Of a stretch of 64,000 nt of DNA, positions 25,708 through 38,581 are shown in pieces. The stretch's first letter is position 1. Each line of letters begins with the position of its first letter. The stretch is from NCBI GenBank assembly GCA_021202555.1, contig JAJQCT010000032.1, positions 66,299 through 130,298 of the forward strand, read 5' to 3'. A program made the translations under genes and the position numbers. The notes under the pieces are model-generated. The model made no database searches. It saw only the letters and a list, made by a program, of their open reading frames with translations, and was not told the DNA's origin. The DNA is from Clostridiales bacterium. GTDB taxonomy: Bacteria > Bacillota > Clostridia > Oscillospirales > CAG-272.

Positions 25708-25968
25708 ATGCAGAATATTCCAAAAGACGATACATTGACATTTTCACTCCACAAAACTGCGGAGGAGGAGATGCACGACACGCTTAGGAGTGTGTATGAC
25801 GCGCTCGTTGAAAAGGGCTACAACCCCGTAAATCAGATAGTGGGCTACATTCTCTCCGAAGACCCAACCTATATCACGAATCACAACGGCGCGCGCGCGC
25901 TTATAAGACGAATCGACAGGGACGAGCTTCTGAACGAGCTTGTCAGATGCTATCTCGGCGTAAAATAA
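25708..25968 (+). CDS. ireB: IreB-family regulatory phosphoprotein (UPF0297)
   Basis: [27 protein letters not shown] signature. Start at MQNIP, which has a GGAGAAG RBS. Confidence 0.8.
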   Translation: MQNIPKDDTLTFSLHKTAEEEMHDTLRSVYDALVEKGYNPVNQIVGYILSEDPTYITNHNGARALIRRIDRDELLNELVRCYLGVK

Positions 25969-25971
25969 AAA

Positions 25972-26388
25972 ATGCCGCCAATATACGAATTTACCGCACC
26001 CGTCATAAAAGGAAACGGACTGGGGCATTCCTTTGGTACGCCCACCTTGAATCAGACGCTGCCGGACGATGAGGCGGCGGCAGCACTCACCTACGGCGTT
26101 TATTTTTCGCGCTGTGAGCTTGACGGGACGGATTATCCCGCCGTTTCAAATGTAGGCGTAAAGCCCACAATAAACGGTATCCCGTCCCCCGCCGTCGAAT
26201 CGTTTCTTTTCGGATATTCGGGCGACGCATACGGCAGGGTCGTCAGAACGTCGCTTCTCGAATTTCGCCGACCCGAGAAAAAATTCCCCGATAGGGAATC
26301 TCTTTTTTCGGCAATTTCAAAGGATGTCGATGCGGCGGCTGAATTTTTCGGCATGGAGAACATCTCCCGGGAGGACAAAACAAAATGA
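25972..26388 (+). CDS. stand-alone riboflavin kinase domain protein
   Basis: VIKGNGLGHSFGTPTLN ... GVKPT ... E.FLF..SGD.YG pattern of the RibF C-terminal domain. No FAD-synthetase half is present. Confidence 0.65.
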   Translation: MPPIYEFTAPVIKGNGLGHSFGTPTLNQTLPDDEAAAALTYGVYFSRCELDGTDYPAVSNVGVKPTINGIPSPAVESFLFGYSGDAYGRVVRTSLLEFRRPEKKFPDRESLFSAISKDVDAAAEFFGMENISREDKTK

Positions 26389-27761
26389 AAAAAGACCGTT
26401 TTTTCAAAAAAGCAGCATTCGCCCGCGCGGTGTCGGCTATTCTGGCGGTTTTTTTTATTTTTCCTGTAATTTCAAACCGCGCGAGTGTCACTGTCGGAGC
26501 GGTCAATCTTTCATCTGCGACGACAAGCGAGGTGGGGGTTGATGTGGGCGTATTCACAAGCGCATATTTATATAATATCGAAAACGATTTCATCGTATAT
26601 TCCTACGAGCCGGACGATCTCGTTTATCCGACCTCGACCGTCAAGATAATGACGGGAATTTTGGCAATCGAGGCGCTCGGCGAAAATCTTGAGGACACGG
26701 TGACGATTACCTCCGAAATGATAGAGGACGCGACGGGAAATACCATAGGCTTTGAGGAGGGCGAGACGGTCACAATCGAGGATTTGCTCTATTCGCTTCT
26801 CGTCGGCGGCGCGAACGACGCGGCGTACATCCTCGCGTATCTTGTGGGCGGAACCGTTGACAACTTTATTTCCATGATGAACGCGCGCGCATGGGAGCTT
26901 GGCGCCACCTCCACAAGATACACGAATCCCTCGGGAGTGCATGACAGCGGCATGGTGACGACCGCGGCGGACACGGCGAAAATCGCGCTCGCGGCGTATT
27001 CCCTCCCGCTTTTCATGACAATATCGTCAACCTCATCCTACGTCATCCCCGAGACGAACATGAGCGAATACAGGTCGGTCTACAACCGCAATTATCTCAT
27101 AACGTCAAGCGGAAACACCTACAGCTACGTCTATTCGGGCGCGTCGGGACTGAACGCGGGCGCGACGACTGACGGCGGCTACTGCGTTGTGACAACGGCG
27201 GAATCAGACGGGCTGACATATCTCGCCGTCGTGATGGGAGCGGACGCAAGCGACGACGGCACGCAGATTTACTCATACGAGACGGCGACGACGCTGCTCG
27301 ATTACGCATTTGCGTCATATGAAAACATAACCCTCGTCGAGGAGGGCGAGATAATATGCGAAATCCCCGTCGAGCTGTCAGGCTCCGCCGATTACGTCAC
27401 CCTCGTCACCTCCGAGGAGCTTACTGTTTACCTTCCCTCGGACACAGACCTTGACGTTGACATCAAGCGCACATACAAAACGACGTCAGACTCGCTCGAA
27501 GCGCCCGTATATGAAAATCAGGAGGCAGGCTCGCTCACGGTGACGTATAAGGATGAGATAATCGGCAACATCCCGCTCGTCACGACGACGGCAGTCTCGC
27601 GAAGCACATTTTTATATACTCTATCGCAGATTGAGAGCTTCGCGACGGGAAGATTTTTCATTATCGCCGTCGTCTCGGCGGCATCGCTCACAGTGATATA
27701 CGTCATAGGCAAGGCAATTTACCTCGGACACAAGAAAAAGTACCGCGGGCGGTACAAATAA
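26385..27761 (+). CDS. D-alanyl-D-alanine carboxypeptidase (PBP5-type, C-terminal membrane anchor)
   Basis: STVK (SxxK) and a SGxHD region. C-terminal TM plus a basic tail. Confidence 0.8.
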   Translation: MKKDRFFKKAAFARAVSAILAVFFIFPVISNRASVTVGAVNLSSATTSEVGVDVGVFTSAYLYNIENDFIVYSYEPDDLVYPTSTVKIMTGILAIEALGENLEDTVTITSEMIEDATGNTIGFEEGETVTIEDLLYSLLVGGANDAAYILAYLVGGTVDNFISMMNARAWELGATSTRYTNPSGVHDSGMVTTAADTAKIALAAYSLPLFMTISSTSSYVIPETNMSEYRSVYNRNYLITSSGNTYSYVYSGASGLNAGATTDGGYCVVTTAESDGLTYLAVVMGADASDDGTQIYSYETATTLLDYAFASYENITLVEEGEIICEIPVELSGSADYVTLVTSEELTVYLPSDTDLDVDIKRTYKTTSDSLEAPVYENQEAGSLTVTYKDEIIGNIPLVTTTAVSRSTFLYTLSQIESFATGRFFIIAVVSAASLTVIYVIGKAIYLGHKKKYRGRYK

Positions 27762-27814
27762 GAAGATAATTTGCCGCCGCGAGCGGCAAATTTTTCAAAG
27801 AAGGGGGGACACTC

Positions 27815-28681
27815 ATGAAAAATTCAATGCGCAAATCAGCCGCTGTGTTGATTGTGACGGCACTTATTGCCACACTGCTGTCCTCATGCACGGAAACGAC
27901 GCAATACCCTTTGATTTCCGATTACGAATACTGCGTCGTTTTTCTCAACATCGGCTACGGCGACTGCACAATAATAAAGGCGGGCGGCGACTATTACATG
28001 ATTGACACCGCATCCGCCGACCATGCGCGCGATGTGACGTCATTTCTTGCGGCGGAGGGAATCACGGAGCTGGCAGGGCTGTTCCTCACGCACACGGACA
28101 GCGACCATACGGGCGGGCTGTTCTACGTCTCCGACGTCGTGAAAATCGACTGTATTTACTATCCCTACTATTCCGAGCCTGATGACAAGGGTCAGAATCA
28201 GCTTGAAATGAAGGCGGAAAGCCTCGGCGTTGAGCATTCGGCGCTTTCGGGCGGCGACACTGTTGAAACAGATAATATAACATTTGAAATTCTCGGTCCC
28301 ACGGAATATTACGAGTATGACGACAACGACAATTCGCTCGTCATTCGCGCAGAAATCGACGGAATAGTCTATCTTTTCGCGGGAGATATGCAGTTTTATG
28401 AGGAAAATCTCGTGCTTGCCTCGGGCGCGGACGTATCATGCGATGTGCTGAAGGTGGGCAATCACGGCAACCGTGACGCAACCTCGTCGGAATTTCTGTC
28501 GGCGGCATCGCCGTCAGTCGCGGTGATTTCCGCAAATACGACGGAAAAATCGACATCGGCGTCGCTGCGCGTCACAACCCTTCTCTCCTCCGTCTGCGAT
28601 TATTACGTCACCGAGGACTCGGAATATTGTATAATCACATACAAAAACGAAAGCGGAGAGATAATAGTTGAAGTTGATTGA
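27815..28681 (+). CDS. lipoprotein with ComEC-C-terminal-like metallo-beta-lactamase fold
   Basis: Lipobox LLSSC. HTDSDHTGG motif. NHGN later in the sequence. Confidence 0.65.
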   Translation: MKNSMRKSAAVLIVTALIATLLSSCTETTQYPLISDYEYCVVFLNIGYGDCTIIKAGGDYYMIDTASADHARDVTSFLAAEGITELAGLFLTHTDSDHTGGLFYVSDVVKIDCIYYPYYSEPDDKGQNQLEMKAESLGVEHSALSGGDTVETDNITFEILGPTEYYEYDDNDNSLVIRAEIDGIVYLFAGDMQFYEENLVLASGADVSCDVLKVGNHGNRDATSSEFLSAASPSVAVISANTTEKSTSASLRVTTLLSSVCDYYVTEDSEYCIITYKNESGEIIVEVD

Positions 28682-28719
28682 TTACTTAAGGGGGTATTTT
28701 TGCAAAAATACCCCCTTAA
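28650..28719 (+). repeat. direct repeat DR1 (last 10 codons of the MBL gene plus its terminator palindrome)
   Basis: AAAGCGGAGAGATAATAGTTGAAGTTGATTGATTACTTAAGGGGGTATTTTTGCAAAAATACCCCCTTAA. Repeated at 29284-29352. Confidence 0.9.
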
Positions 28720-28741
28720 CATCCCCCAAAAAACTTCTACC

Positions 28742-28765
28742 GCGAACATACTTGCGTATGTTCGC
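28742..28765. promoter_or_regulatory. palindrome GCGAACATAC-ttgc-GTATGTTCGC upstream of hicB
   Basis: 10-bp perfect arms. Candidate operator or terminator. Confidence 0.4.
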
Positions 28766-28888
28766 TTAAAAAAATATTCAGCCCACCATGTAACGGTTGC
28801 TCACCGTTGACAATACCGAAGCATAGTCCCATCAAAAAGGTATATGTTGCGATGGTAAAACAAGTCGTAGAAAGCGAGGAACAAAACG

Positions 28889-29266
28889 ATGCGGACATTA
28901 GATGAATATATGGCTTTGCCGTACAAGATGGAAATCGTAGAGGACAAAGAAGACGGCGGATTCGTCGTTTCCTTCCCTGACCTTCCCGGATGCATTACCT
29001 GCGGCGATACAATAGAGCAAGCGCTGTCAAACGCGGAGGATGCGAAAAGGTCGTGGCTTGATGCAGCGCTTGAAGAAGGATACGCGATAAAAGACCCTCA
29101 GGGTCAGGAGGAATATTCGGGACAATTCAAATTGCGTATGCCGCGCAGCCTGCACAAAGCGTTATCGGAGCATTCAAAGCAAGAAGGAATTTCAATGAAT
29201 CAATATTGCGTTTATCTGCTTTCGCGAAACGACGCAATTAACACCGCAACAACAAAGCGAAGCTGA
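28889..29266 (+). CDS. hicB: HicB-family antitoxin (no HicA partner seen)
   Basis: YKMEIVEDKEDGGFVVSFPDLPGCITCGDTIEQALSNAEDA (HicB fold), plus a C-terminal RHH-like RMPRSLHKALSEHSKQEGISMNQY. Confidence 0.8.
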   Translation: MRTLDEYMALPYKMEIVEDKEDGGFVVSFPDLPGCITCGDTIEQALSNAEDAKRSWLDAALEEGYAIKDPQGQEEYSGQFKLRMPRSLHKALSEHSKQEGISMNQYCVYLLSRNDAINTATTKRS

Positions 29267-29283
29267 TGCTGCGTCCTTTCCAC

Positions 29284-29352
29284 AAAGCGGAGAGACAATA
29301 GTTGAAGTTGATTGATTATTTAGGGGGTGCTTTTTCAAAAGCACCCCCTAAA
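29284..29352 (+). repeat. direct repeat DR2 (copy of DR1)
   Basis: AAAGCGGAGAGACAATAGTTGAAGTTGATTGATTATTTAGGGGGTGCTTTTTCAAAAGCACCCCCTAAA. The hairpin is kept by compensatory changes. Confidence 0.9.
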
Positions 29353-29362
29353 TAATTCCCTC

Positions 29363-29950
29363 TCATATATTCTTATCCATATACTTCCCGTATACCTTCA
29401 GATAATTCACGCCGCTGACGACAGTCATCACCACCATAAACGCCATTGTGACATACGTCACGATATGAAGCGTATCCTCAGCGACGAAAGCAGCGTAAAC
29501 CGACGGCTCAAGGAATGCGGCGAGAATAAACACAATCTGCGACACCGTCTTAATCTTGCCGAGCATATTCGCCGCAAGCGTCGGCGCCTTGCCCGATACA
29601 ACAATGCGGATTGACGTCACCGCCAGCTCGCGCAGAATCACAATAAGCGTCGCCCAGATCAGCACATTTTTCATAAATGCGTATCTGTCCACGATAAGCA
29701 TCGTGATGAGCGCCGAAAATACCATGAATTTGTCGGCGACAGGATCGGCAACCTTGCCGAAATCCGTAATCATGTTGTATTTGCGCGCGATTTTGCCGTC
29801 GAGCATATCAGTCAGCGAAACAAGCCCGAATATGACCGCGGAAATAATTCCCGCCCACGGCTCCGCGATGTCAAGCATCATCACAACAACAAATATCGGA
29901 ACGCATATAACACGCAGAATCGTCAGCGTGTTCGGTATGTTCATCTTCAC
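29363..29950 (-). CDS. pgsA: CDP-diacylglycerol--glycerol-3-phosphate 3-phosphatidyltransferase
   Basis: CDP-alcohol phosphotransferase motif DMLDGKIARK....DFGKVADPVADK. Confidence 0.9.
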   Translation of the reverse strand: MKMNIPNTLTILRVICVPIFVVVMMLDIAEPWAGIISAVIFGLVSLTDMLDGKIARKYNMITDFGKVADPVADKFMVFSALITMLIVDRYAFMKNVLIWATLIVILRELAVTSIRIVVSGKAPTLAANMLGKIKTVSQIVFILAAFLEPSVYAAFVAEDTLHIVTYVTMAFMVVMTVVSGVNYLKVYGKYMDKNI

Positions 29951-31335
29951 TTCCCGTCATCTCCCCCTTTGACGTATTCGCCGACCAGATCATAGTCGAG
30001 CGTATCCGTAATTCTGACCTTTATGTGAGTGCCCTCGCAGGGACGGTCCTTTGCCGCGCAGGCAAAATAAACCTTCCCGTCAACGTCGGGCGCGTCAAAT
30101 TCGCTTCTGCCGTAGCACGTCCCCGAAACGTAATCGAACCCCTCGTAAATTACGTCGAGCGTCTGCCCGACCCTCGCGCGGTTAAGCTCCACCGATATAT
30201 CAAGCTGAAGCGCCATAATCGTGTCGTATCTGTCCTGCTTTGTCTGCTCGTCAATCTGATCGGGAAATTCCGCTGCCGGCGTTCCCTCCTCGGGCGAAAA
30301 CATGAACGCGCCGAGCCTGTCAAATTTCACATCCTTGATAAACTCGCAAAGCTCCTCAAAATCCTCATCCGTCTCGCCCGGAAATCCCACCATTACCGTC
30401 GTGCGTATAACAATGTCGGGAATCTCATGGCGAAGACGCGAAATCGCCTCGCGCACCACCTTCGCGCCGCCGTGGCGGTTCATGCGCGAAAGCACCCTCT
30501 CGCTCACGTGCTGAATCGGCATATCTATGTACCTGCAAACACGCGGGTTATTTTTTATTTCCGCGATAAGCTCGTCCGTTATCTTGTCGGGATAGCAGTA
30601 AAGCAGCCGCACCCACGGAATGCCTGAGACCTCCGTGATTTTATGCACAAGCTCCGCAAGCTTATATTCCCCGTAAAGGTCAAGCCCATACCGCGAGGTG
30701 TCCTGCGCCACAATATCAAGCTCGCCCACTGAAAGCTCCGCGAGCTGACGCGCCTCCTCGACTATATCTTCCATCGGACGTGAACGGTGACGTCCTCTTA
30801 TTGACGGAATAAGACAGTACGTGCATTTGTTGTCGCATCCCTCCGCGATTTTAAGGTATGCGTACCCTTCCGTCGTCAGAACTCTCTCCCCGCCAAGCTG
30901 CGAGGTCTCCTTGCAGTCGAAAAATGCATATTTTTTCTTATTTTCAACGGATTTTACCGCCTCGACGATATTGTAAATCCCGCCGACACCTATCGCCGCG
31001 TCAACCTCGGGCAGCTCGCGGAAAATCTCGTCCTTCACCATCTCCGGCAGACATCCCGTCACAATAATCCCGCGAAGCGTCCTGTGCTTTTTGAGCCATG
31101 CCACGTCGAGAATGTTGTCGATTGCCTCTTTTCGCGCCGATTCGAGAAACGCGCACGTATTTATGATTATAATGTCCGCGTCCGTGTCCTCCGATACGAT
31201 TTCATACCCCGCGTCAACAAGCAGCTTCAGCATGACCTCCGTATCGACCAGATTTTTCGCGCATCCGAGCGAAACAAAGCCCACCTTTGTGGGAGAACTG
31301 CGGTTCTTTTTCACCTTTGCCTTATTTTCTGCCAC
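29947..31335 (-). CDS. rimO: ribosomal protein S12 methylthiotransferase
   Basis: VGFVSLGCAKNLVDTE N-terminal domain. CDNKCTYC radical-SAM cluster. C-terminal TRAM domain. Confidence 0.88.
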   Translation of the reverse strand: MAENKAKVKKNRSSPTKVGFVSLGCAKNLVDTEVMLKLLVDAGYEIVSEDTDADIIIINTCAFLESARKEAIDNILDVAWLKKHRTLRGIIVTGCLPEMVKDEIFRELPEVDAAIGVGGIYNIVEAVKSVENKKKYAFFDCKETSQLGGERVLTTEGYAYLKIAEGCDNKCTYCLIPSIRGRHRSRPMEDIVEEARQLAELSVGELDIVAQDTSRYGLDLYGEYKLAELVHKITEVSGIPWVRLLYCYPDKITDELIAEIKNNPRVCRYIDMPIQHVSERVLSRMNRHGGAKVVREAISRLRHEIPDIVIRTTVMVGFPGETDEDFEELCEFIKDVKFDRLGAFMFSPEEGTPAAEFPDQIDEQTKQDRYDTIMALQLDISVELNRARVGQTLDVIYEGFDYVSGTCYGRSEFDAPDVDGKVYFACAAKDRPCEGTHIKVRITDTLDYDLVGEYVKGGDDGK

Positions 31336-31352
31336 ATCCGTAGGGCGGGGAT

Positions 31353-32060
31353 TCAGTCTCCCGCCTCCTCCTTTATGATTTTCGCAGCTCCCTTGATTTG
31401 CTCGGAGCCGTAGCCTATACGGTAAAGCCTCGATATAACCCGCCGCTTTTCCTCAATCTCATATGGAATCCCGCCAAGCTTTTTTATCTGCTCCGCGCAC
31501 ATCCTGTCGTAATCGATTTTCGCTCCCGCGCCGCGCATCCACGCCTCGATTTTCTCCGGCGCGAAGCCGCGGCTGTGAAGGTCTGCAAGCACCTTGGAAG
31601 GACCGTACCCCTTTCGCAGGGAAATCTCCGCGCGCCTGCAAATCCCGCGCTCCTCGTCAATATATCCGCGCCCGTCAATATAATCGACCGCGCGCGCCGC
31701 CGCGTCTCTTCCGAAGCCCCGATGGCAAAGACTGTCCCGGAGCATTTTCTTTGATTTGTCGCCGACGGAAAGCAGCCTCATTTCCGCTCTCACCGCCTCG
31801 GATACCTCGCCGCTTTCGGCGAGAATACCATATGCCTCCTCGTCGATTAAGTCTCCGAGGGAAAGCCCGAGCGCGTCAAAATCCTCTTTGACTACGGAAA
31901 TCTGGTGCCGAACGCTCTCGCCCTCGGAAATCTCAATTTTCACCGTCAGCCCGTCGTATCCGTCCCTCACCGAGGAAAGCGTCAGCTCGGGCGCGACCGC
32001 ATCCGCTTCAATATCGGCGTCCGTCATGCCCCCGGCGCCTATATAATTTTTATATCTCAA
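31353..32060 (-). CDS. recX: RecX regulatory protein (long N-terminal extension)
   Basis: Three-helix repeats ([22 protein letters not shown]...). The start overlaps the recA stop by 4 nt. Confidence 0.75.
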   Translation of the reverse strand: MRYKNYIGAGGMTDADIEADAVAPELTLSSVRDGYDGLTVKIEISEGESVRHQISVVKEDFDALGLSLGDLIDEEAYGILAESGEVSEAVRAEMRLLSVGDKSKKMLRDSLCHRGFGRDAAARAVDYIDGRGYIDEERGICRRAEISLRKGYGPSKVLADLHSRGFAPEKIEAWMRGAGAKIDYDRMCAEQIKKLGGIPYEIEEKRRVISRLYRIGYGSEQIKGAAKIIKEEAGD

Positions 32061-33175
32061 ACCTCATCCTCGTCAAGGTCAAGAAGCCTTATGTCAAGCT
32101 CGTCCTCAAGCTCGTCGGGATTGATTTCCTCGCCTATGCCCTCGTTGTCCGAGAGATAATATTCCTTGATTTTCGCCTCGATTTCATCCGCAAGCTCGGG
32201 CTTTGCTTCAAGCAGCTTTCTCACCCCGTCGCGCCCCTGCGCAAGCCTCTGCTCGCCGTATGAAAACCACGAGCCGCTCTTTTTTATAACGCCCGAATCG
32301 ACGCCGAGGTCTACAATCTCACCCGATTTGGAAATTCCCGTACCGTAAAGTATGTCAAACTCCGCTATCCGAAACGGCGGGGCGACCTTGTTTTTCACAA
32401 CCTTTACCTTTGTCCTGCTCCCGTAAACGTCGCTTCCCGATTTGAGCGTCTCCGTCTTGCGTATATCAAGCCTCACGGACGAATAGAATTTGAGCGCGCG
32501 TCCGCCCGTCGTCGTCTCGGGATTTCCATACATAACTCCGACCTTTTCGCGAAGCTGGTTTATGAATATGACAATGCAGTTTGTCTTTGAGATTGAGCCT
32601 GAAAGCTTTCTCATCGCCTGCGACATAAGACGCGCCTGAAGTCCTACAGTAGCGCTTCCCATATCGCCCTCGATTTCCTGCTGCGGCACGAGCGCCGCGA
32701 CTGAATCGACGACAACAATGTCAATAGCGCCCGAAAGCACGAGCGCCTCTGTAATCGAAAGCGCCTGCTCGCCGCTGTCCGGCTGCGAAACCAAAAGCTC
32801 ATCCGTATTTACGCCGAGCGCCTTCGCATAAACGGGATCGAGCGCGTGTTCCGCGTCGATGAAGGCGGCTGAACCGCCCGCCTTCTGCACCTCCGCCACC
32901 GCGTGAAGCGCCACCGTCGTCTTACCCGATGATTCGGGACCGTAAATCTCGACGATTCTTCCCTTCGGGTATCCCCCGATTCCGAGAGCGAGGTCGAGCG
33001 AGAGCGAGCCTGTCGGAGATGCCGACACGTTCATATGCGTCGTCTCGCCGAGCTTCATTATAGCTCCGCTGCCGTAATCCTTCTTTATTTTGTCAAGCGC
33101 CGCCGAGAGCGCCTTTTCCTTATCCTCCGCAGCAGCGGGAGCCGCACTCGACACAGCCTTTTTTGCTTTCGCCAT
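32057..33175 (-). CDS. recA: recombinase RecA with acidic C-terminal tail
   Basis: GPESSGKTT Walker A. Canonical RecA core. Confidence 0.97.
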   Translation of the reverse strand: MAKAKKAVSSAAPAAAEDKEKALSAALDKIKKDYGSGAIMKLGETTHMNVSASPTGSLSLDLALGIGGYPKGRIVEIYGPESSGKTTVALHAVAEVQKAGGSAAFIDAEHALDPVYAKALGVNTDELLVSQPDSGEQALSITEALVLSGAIDIVVVDSVAALVPQQEIEGDMGSATVGLQARLMSQAMRKLSGSISKTNCIVIFINQLREKVGVMYGNPETTTGGRALKFYSSVRLDIRKTETLKSGSDVYGSRTKVKVVKNKVAPPFRIAEFDILYGTGISKSGEIVDLGVDSGVIKKSGSWFSYGEQRLAQGRDGVRKLLEAKPELADEIEAKIKEYYLSDNEGIGEEINPDELEDELDIRLLDLDEDEV

Positions 33176-33196
33176 GATATCTCATCCTTTCAAATC

Positions 33197-33247
33197 CGAA
33201 CATTTGTTTTGCATTTATATTATACACTGCCCGCGCCGAAAAATCAA
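33197..33247 (-). promoter_or_regulatory. recA promoter (-35 TTGATT, -10 TATAAT) with LexA/Cheo-like box
   Basis: On the - strand: TTGATT (33242-33247), 17 nt, TATAAT (33219-33224), then AAAACAAATGTTCG (33197-33210). One half-site is perfect. Confidence 0.6.
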
Positions 33248-33285
33248 TACCTTTTTCCCGCGTCCGCTAAATTTTTTTGCCGCTT

Positions 33286-33879
33286 TTAATAGGTAGCAGA
33301 GTTAATTCTCCAGATTGTTTCACCGTCGTCATCCTTTTCGCTTGTAATTGTTATCTCAATCACCTCGTCAGCCGTCCCGTCAAGATATGACTGCGCCGTG
33401 AATACGATAAAGCGCGAGGAAAGCGACGTAATCTCCACACTTTCAAGGTCATACGTCCTCTCGTAGCTTACAAGCACCTCCGCCTCCGTGTCAATATAAA
33501 GCCTGTCGCCGTATTCGTAATATCGCGCGTATATAATCGACCCCGTGTCGTCGTCACTGTAGCCCGTCAGATAAATATCGAATATCGACTCGCAGTAATC
33601 GGATGAAAAGACTGCCTCTGTCGCCGTGCGAAGCTCCTCCTCCGTCAGATACGGACTGTCGTCGGAAACGGGCATATATTTGCCCTCGCTCCCGTCGTCA
33701 ATATAGTCCATACCAACGCCAAAATAAATCTCGTTGAGAAGATATGTCCTCGGCAGAAGATTTTCGATAATACCAATCGCCTCGTCCTCCGTCGGCGCCG
33801 CCTCGCATGAAACAAATGAAATCGGAAGCACTGCCGCAAAAACAAGCGCCAAAGCAACAGACAGCGCCTTATTCCTCAT
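33286..33879 (-). CDS. hypothetical lipoprotein
   Basis: Lipobox ISFVSC. Start taken at MRNKALSV. Overlaps the gyrA 3' end by about 11 nt. Confidence 0.55.
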   Translation of the reverse strand: MRNKALSVALALVFAAVLPISFVSCEAAPTEDEAIGIIENLLPRTYLLNEIYFGVGMDYIDDGSEGKYMPVSDDSPYLTEEELRTATEAVFSSDYCESIFDIYLTGYSDDDTGSIIYARYYEYGDRLYIDTEAEVLVSYERTYDLESVEITSLSSRFIVFTAQSYLDGTADEVIEITITSEKDDDGETIWRINSATY

Positions 33880-36427
33880 CCTCGCCCTCGTCAATTTCGT
33901 CCTCCTCGTATTCATCCGGGTCTATGTCACCGTCATCTGACGCACCGTCATCTGTCGTGACGTCTCCCGGCGTCTCCGTTTCCTCCGCCTCTGCTGCAAT
34001 CTGCGTAAACGACGCGACCCTCGCGCCCTCGCCCGTTTTCATCACGATAACGCCCGAAGCCGACCGTCCCATCACGCCGATTCCGCCGGCTGACGTTCTC
34101 ATTATGATTCCCGTGTCTGAAATAACGATAATGTCGTCCTCATCCGAGATCGAAGCGATTCCTATAAGCTTTCCCGTGCGGCTCGTGAGCTTATGCGAGA
34201 TAACGCCCAAGCCGCCGCGGTGCTTCGTGTCGTAATTTGAAAATTCCGTCCGCTTGCCAAGCCCCTTTTCCGTCAGGGTAAAGAGCGTCTTGCCCTCCTC
34301 GACGACGGCGGCGCCCGCTACGTGCTCGCCATCTGAAAGCTTGATTGCGCGCACGCCCATCGCGGTGCGTCCCTGCGGTCGAATCGTGCGCTCCGCAAAT
34401 CTCACGGCGCGTCCGTTTTCACCTGCGACGATAATTTCGCGCTCTCCGTCCGTTACCTTGACGAAAATAAGCTCGTCGTCGCCCTCAAACGAAATCGCGC
34501 GCTTGCCGCCGCGCCTCTGATACTCAAATTCCGTGAGCGGCGTGCGCTTGATTTTGCCGTTTTTCGTCACCATCGTGAGATAAAGCCCCTTCACGAAGCC
34601 GTCAACGGCTACAATCGCCGTGAGCTTCTCGCCCGGCTCCGTCTCGATGATGTTCGCGATGTTCGTTCCCTTTGAGGTGCGCCCCGCCTCGGGTATCTGA
34701 TACGCCTTTTTCATGTAGACGCGCCCTTTGTCGGTGAACATCAGAATATAGCTGTGGCTGTCAACGGAGATAACGCGCTCGATGAAATCCTCCTCGCTCT
34801 TCGTCGTGCCGATAATGCCCTTGCCGCCGCGCCGCTGCGCCGAATATACGTCGGAGCGCTGACGCTTTACATATCCCTCGTGCGTAATCGTGATAATGCA
34901 GTTGTGGCGGTCGATTAAATCCTCAATCATAATCTCGTTTTCGACAGGAACAATCTCCGTGCGCCTTGCGTCCGCGTATTTCTGCTTTATCGCGAGCATT
35001 TCCTCCTTGATAAGCGCCTTCAGCTTCTCCTCGTCGGAGAGAATGCCGACAAGCCGCTCGATTTCCTCGTAAAGCGCCGCGAGCCGCGCCTCGATTTTCT
35101 CGCGCTCAAGACCCGAAAGCCGCCCGAGCGTCATTTCAACAATCGCCTGCGTCTGAACGTCGTCAAGCCCGAATCTCGCGCCGAGCTTTGCCTTCGCGTC
35201 GGGAATCGATGCCGAGCCCTTGATTATCTCGATTACCTCGTCGATATTGTCAATCGCAATCTTGTAGCCCTCGTAAATATGCGCCTCGCGCCTTGCCTTT
35301 TCAAGCTCAAACTTGAGACGGCGCGTGACGACCTCCTCCTGATGGCGTATATGCTCGCCGAGCATATCGCGAAGGGAGCAGGTTTTCGGCTCCCCGCCTA
35401 CAAGAGCTACCATGTTGACTGCAAACGTGTCCTGAAGCTGCGTATATTTGAAAAGCTGATTTAAAAGTATCTGCGGGTTCACATCGCGCCTGTATTCGAC
35501 GACGATTCTCATTCCGCCTCGCCCCGACTCGTCGCGAAGCCCCGTGATTCCGTCAACTCGCTTATCCTTTACAAGATTCGCAATCGATTCGACAAGAACG
35601 GATTTGTTGACGGCATACGGAATTTCCGTCGCGATGATTCTGCGGTGCTCCTCGTCAATCTCCGTTTTTGAGCGCACGGTGATATGACCCTTTCCCGTCA
35701 TATACGCCTCGTAAATGCCCGCCGTGCCGTATATAGTCGCTCCCGTCGGGAAATCGGGACCCTTTATATAGCGCATAAGCTCATCAAGCGTCGCCTCGGG
35801 ATTGTCCATCATGTAAATTTCCGCGTCGATTGCCTCGCCGAGGTTGTGCGGCGGAATATTTGTAGCCATACCGACAGCAATTCCGACGGAGCCGTTGACG
35901 AGCAGATTCGGTATTCTCGACGGCAAAACGACAGGCTCCTTCAGCCTGTTGTCAAAGTTCGGTCTGAAATCGACGACATCCTTTTCAATGTCCGCCATCA
36001 TCTCGTTGGCGATTTTTGACATTCTCGCCTCCGTGTAACGGTAAGCAGCGGGCGGGTCGCCGTCAACGGAGCCGAAGTTGCCGTTTCCGTCAATCAAGGG
36101 ATAGCGGTATGAGAACGGCTGCGCCATTCTCACCATCGCCTGATAGACGGAGGAATCTCCGTGCGGATGATACCGACCGAGAACATTACCGACCGTCGTC
36201 GCCGATTTGCGGTACGCCTTGTCGTATGTCAGCCTGTCCTCGTACATCGCGTAAAGTATTCGCCTCTGCGACGGCTTCATTCCGTCCCTTATATCGGGAA
36301 GCGCGCGCGCCGTGATTACCGACATCGAATACGCGATGAAGGATTTTTTTACTTCATCGTGCATTCCGACGTCAATAATCTTCTGGTCGGGAAACTCTAT
36401 ATCCTTTATCTCTTCCTCATGCTTCAT
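33869..36427 (-). CDS. gyrA: DNA gyrase subunit A
   Basis: [25 protein letters not shown]; catalytic Tyr in AAYRYTE. Acidic tail. Confidence 0.97.
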   Translation of the reverse strand: MKHEEEIKDIEFPDQKIIDVGMHDEVKKSFIAYSMSVITARALPDIRDGMKPSQRRILYAMYEDRLTYDKAYRKSATTVGNVLGRYHPHGDSSVYQAMVRMAQPFSYRYPLIDGNGNFGSVDGDPPAAYRYTEARMSKIANEMMADIEKDVVDFRPNFDNRLKEPVVLPSRIPNLLVNGSVGIAVGMATNIPPHNLGEAIDAEIYMMDNPEATLDELMRYIKGPDFPTGATIYGTAGIYEAYMTGKGHITVRSKTEIDEEHRRIIATEIPYAVNKSVLVESIANLVKDKRVDGITGLRDESGRGGMRIVVEYRRDVNPQILLNQLFKYTQLQDTFAVNMVALVGGEPKTCSLRDMLGEHIRHQEEVVTRRLKFELEKARREAHIYEGYKIAIDNIDEVIEIIKGSASIPDAKAKLGARFGLDDVQTQAIVEMTLGRLSGLEREKIEARLAALYEEIERLVGILSDEEKLKALIKEEMLAIKQKYADARRTEIVPVENEIMIEDLIDRHNCIITITHEGYVKRQRSDVYSAQRRGGKGIIGTTKSEEDFIERVISVDSHSYILMFTDKGRVYMKKAYQIPEAGRTSKGTNIANIIETEPGEKLTAIVAVDGFVKGLYLTMVTKNGKIKRTPLTEFEYQRRGGKRAISFEGDDELIFVKVTDGEREIIVAGENGRAVRFAERTIRPQGRTAMGVRAIKLSDGEHVAGAAVVEEGKTLFTLTEKGLGKRTEFSNYDTKHRGGLGVISHKLTSRTGKLIGIASISDEDDIIVISDTGIIMRTSAGGIGVMGRSASGVIVMKTGEGARVASFTQIAAEAEETETPGDVTTDDGASDDGDIDPDEYEEDEIDEGEDEE

Positions 36428-36473
36428 AAATATCAATCATTCCTTTTGCAAGTATTATATAGGGCAGTGAATC

Positions 36474-36553
36474 GTGAATATTTTTCACCAATCTATGATT
36501 TGGTGAAAAATATTCACCAACTTTAAGAATGAATCTACGATTCATTCTTAAAG

Positions 36554-36555
<2 letters not shown>
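36474..36555. repeat. type-2 double nested palindrome, copy a (right arm overlaps the gyrB stop codon)
   Basis: GTGAATATTTTTCACCAATC-tat-GATTTGGTGAAAAATATTCAC, then AACTTTAAGAATGAATC-tac-GATTCATTCTTAAAGTT. Confidence 0.85.

Positions 36556-38581
<2,026 letters not shown>

Noticed and set aside
28852-28905. A possible HicA toxin gene upstream of hicB
   Set aside because: Only a 17-codon ORF (MVKQVVESEEQNDADIR) exists there, with no HicA-like motif. No other ORF lies between DR1 and hicB or between hicB and DR2.
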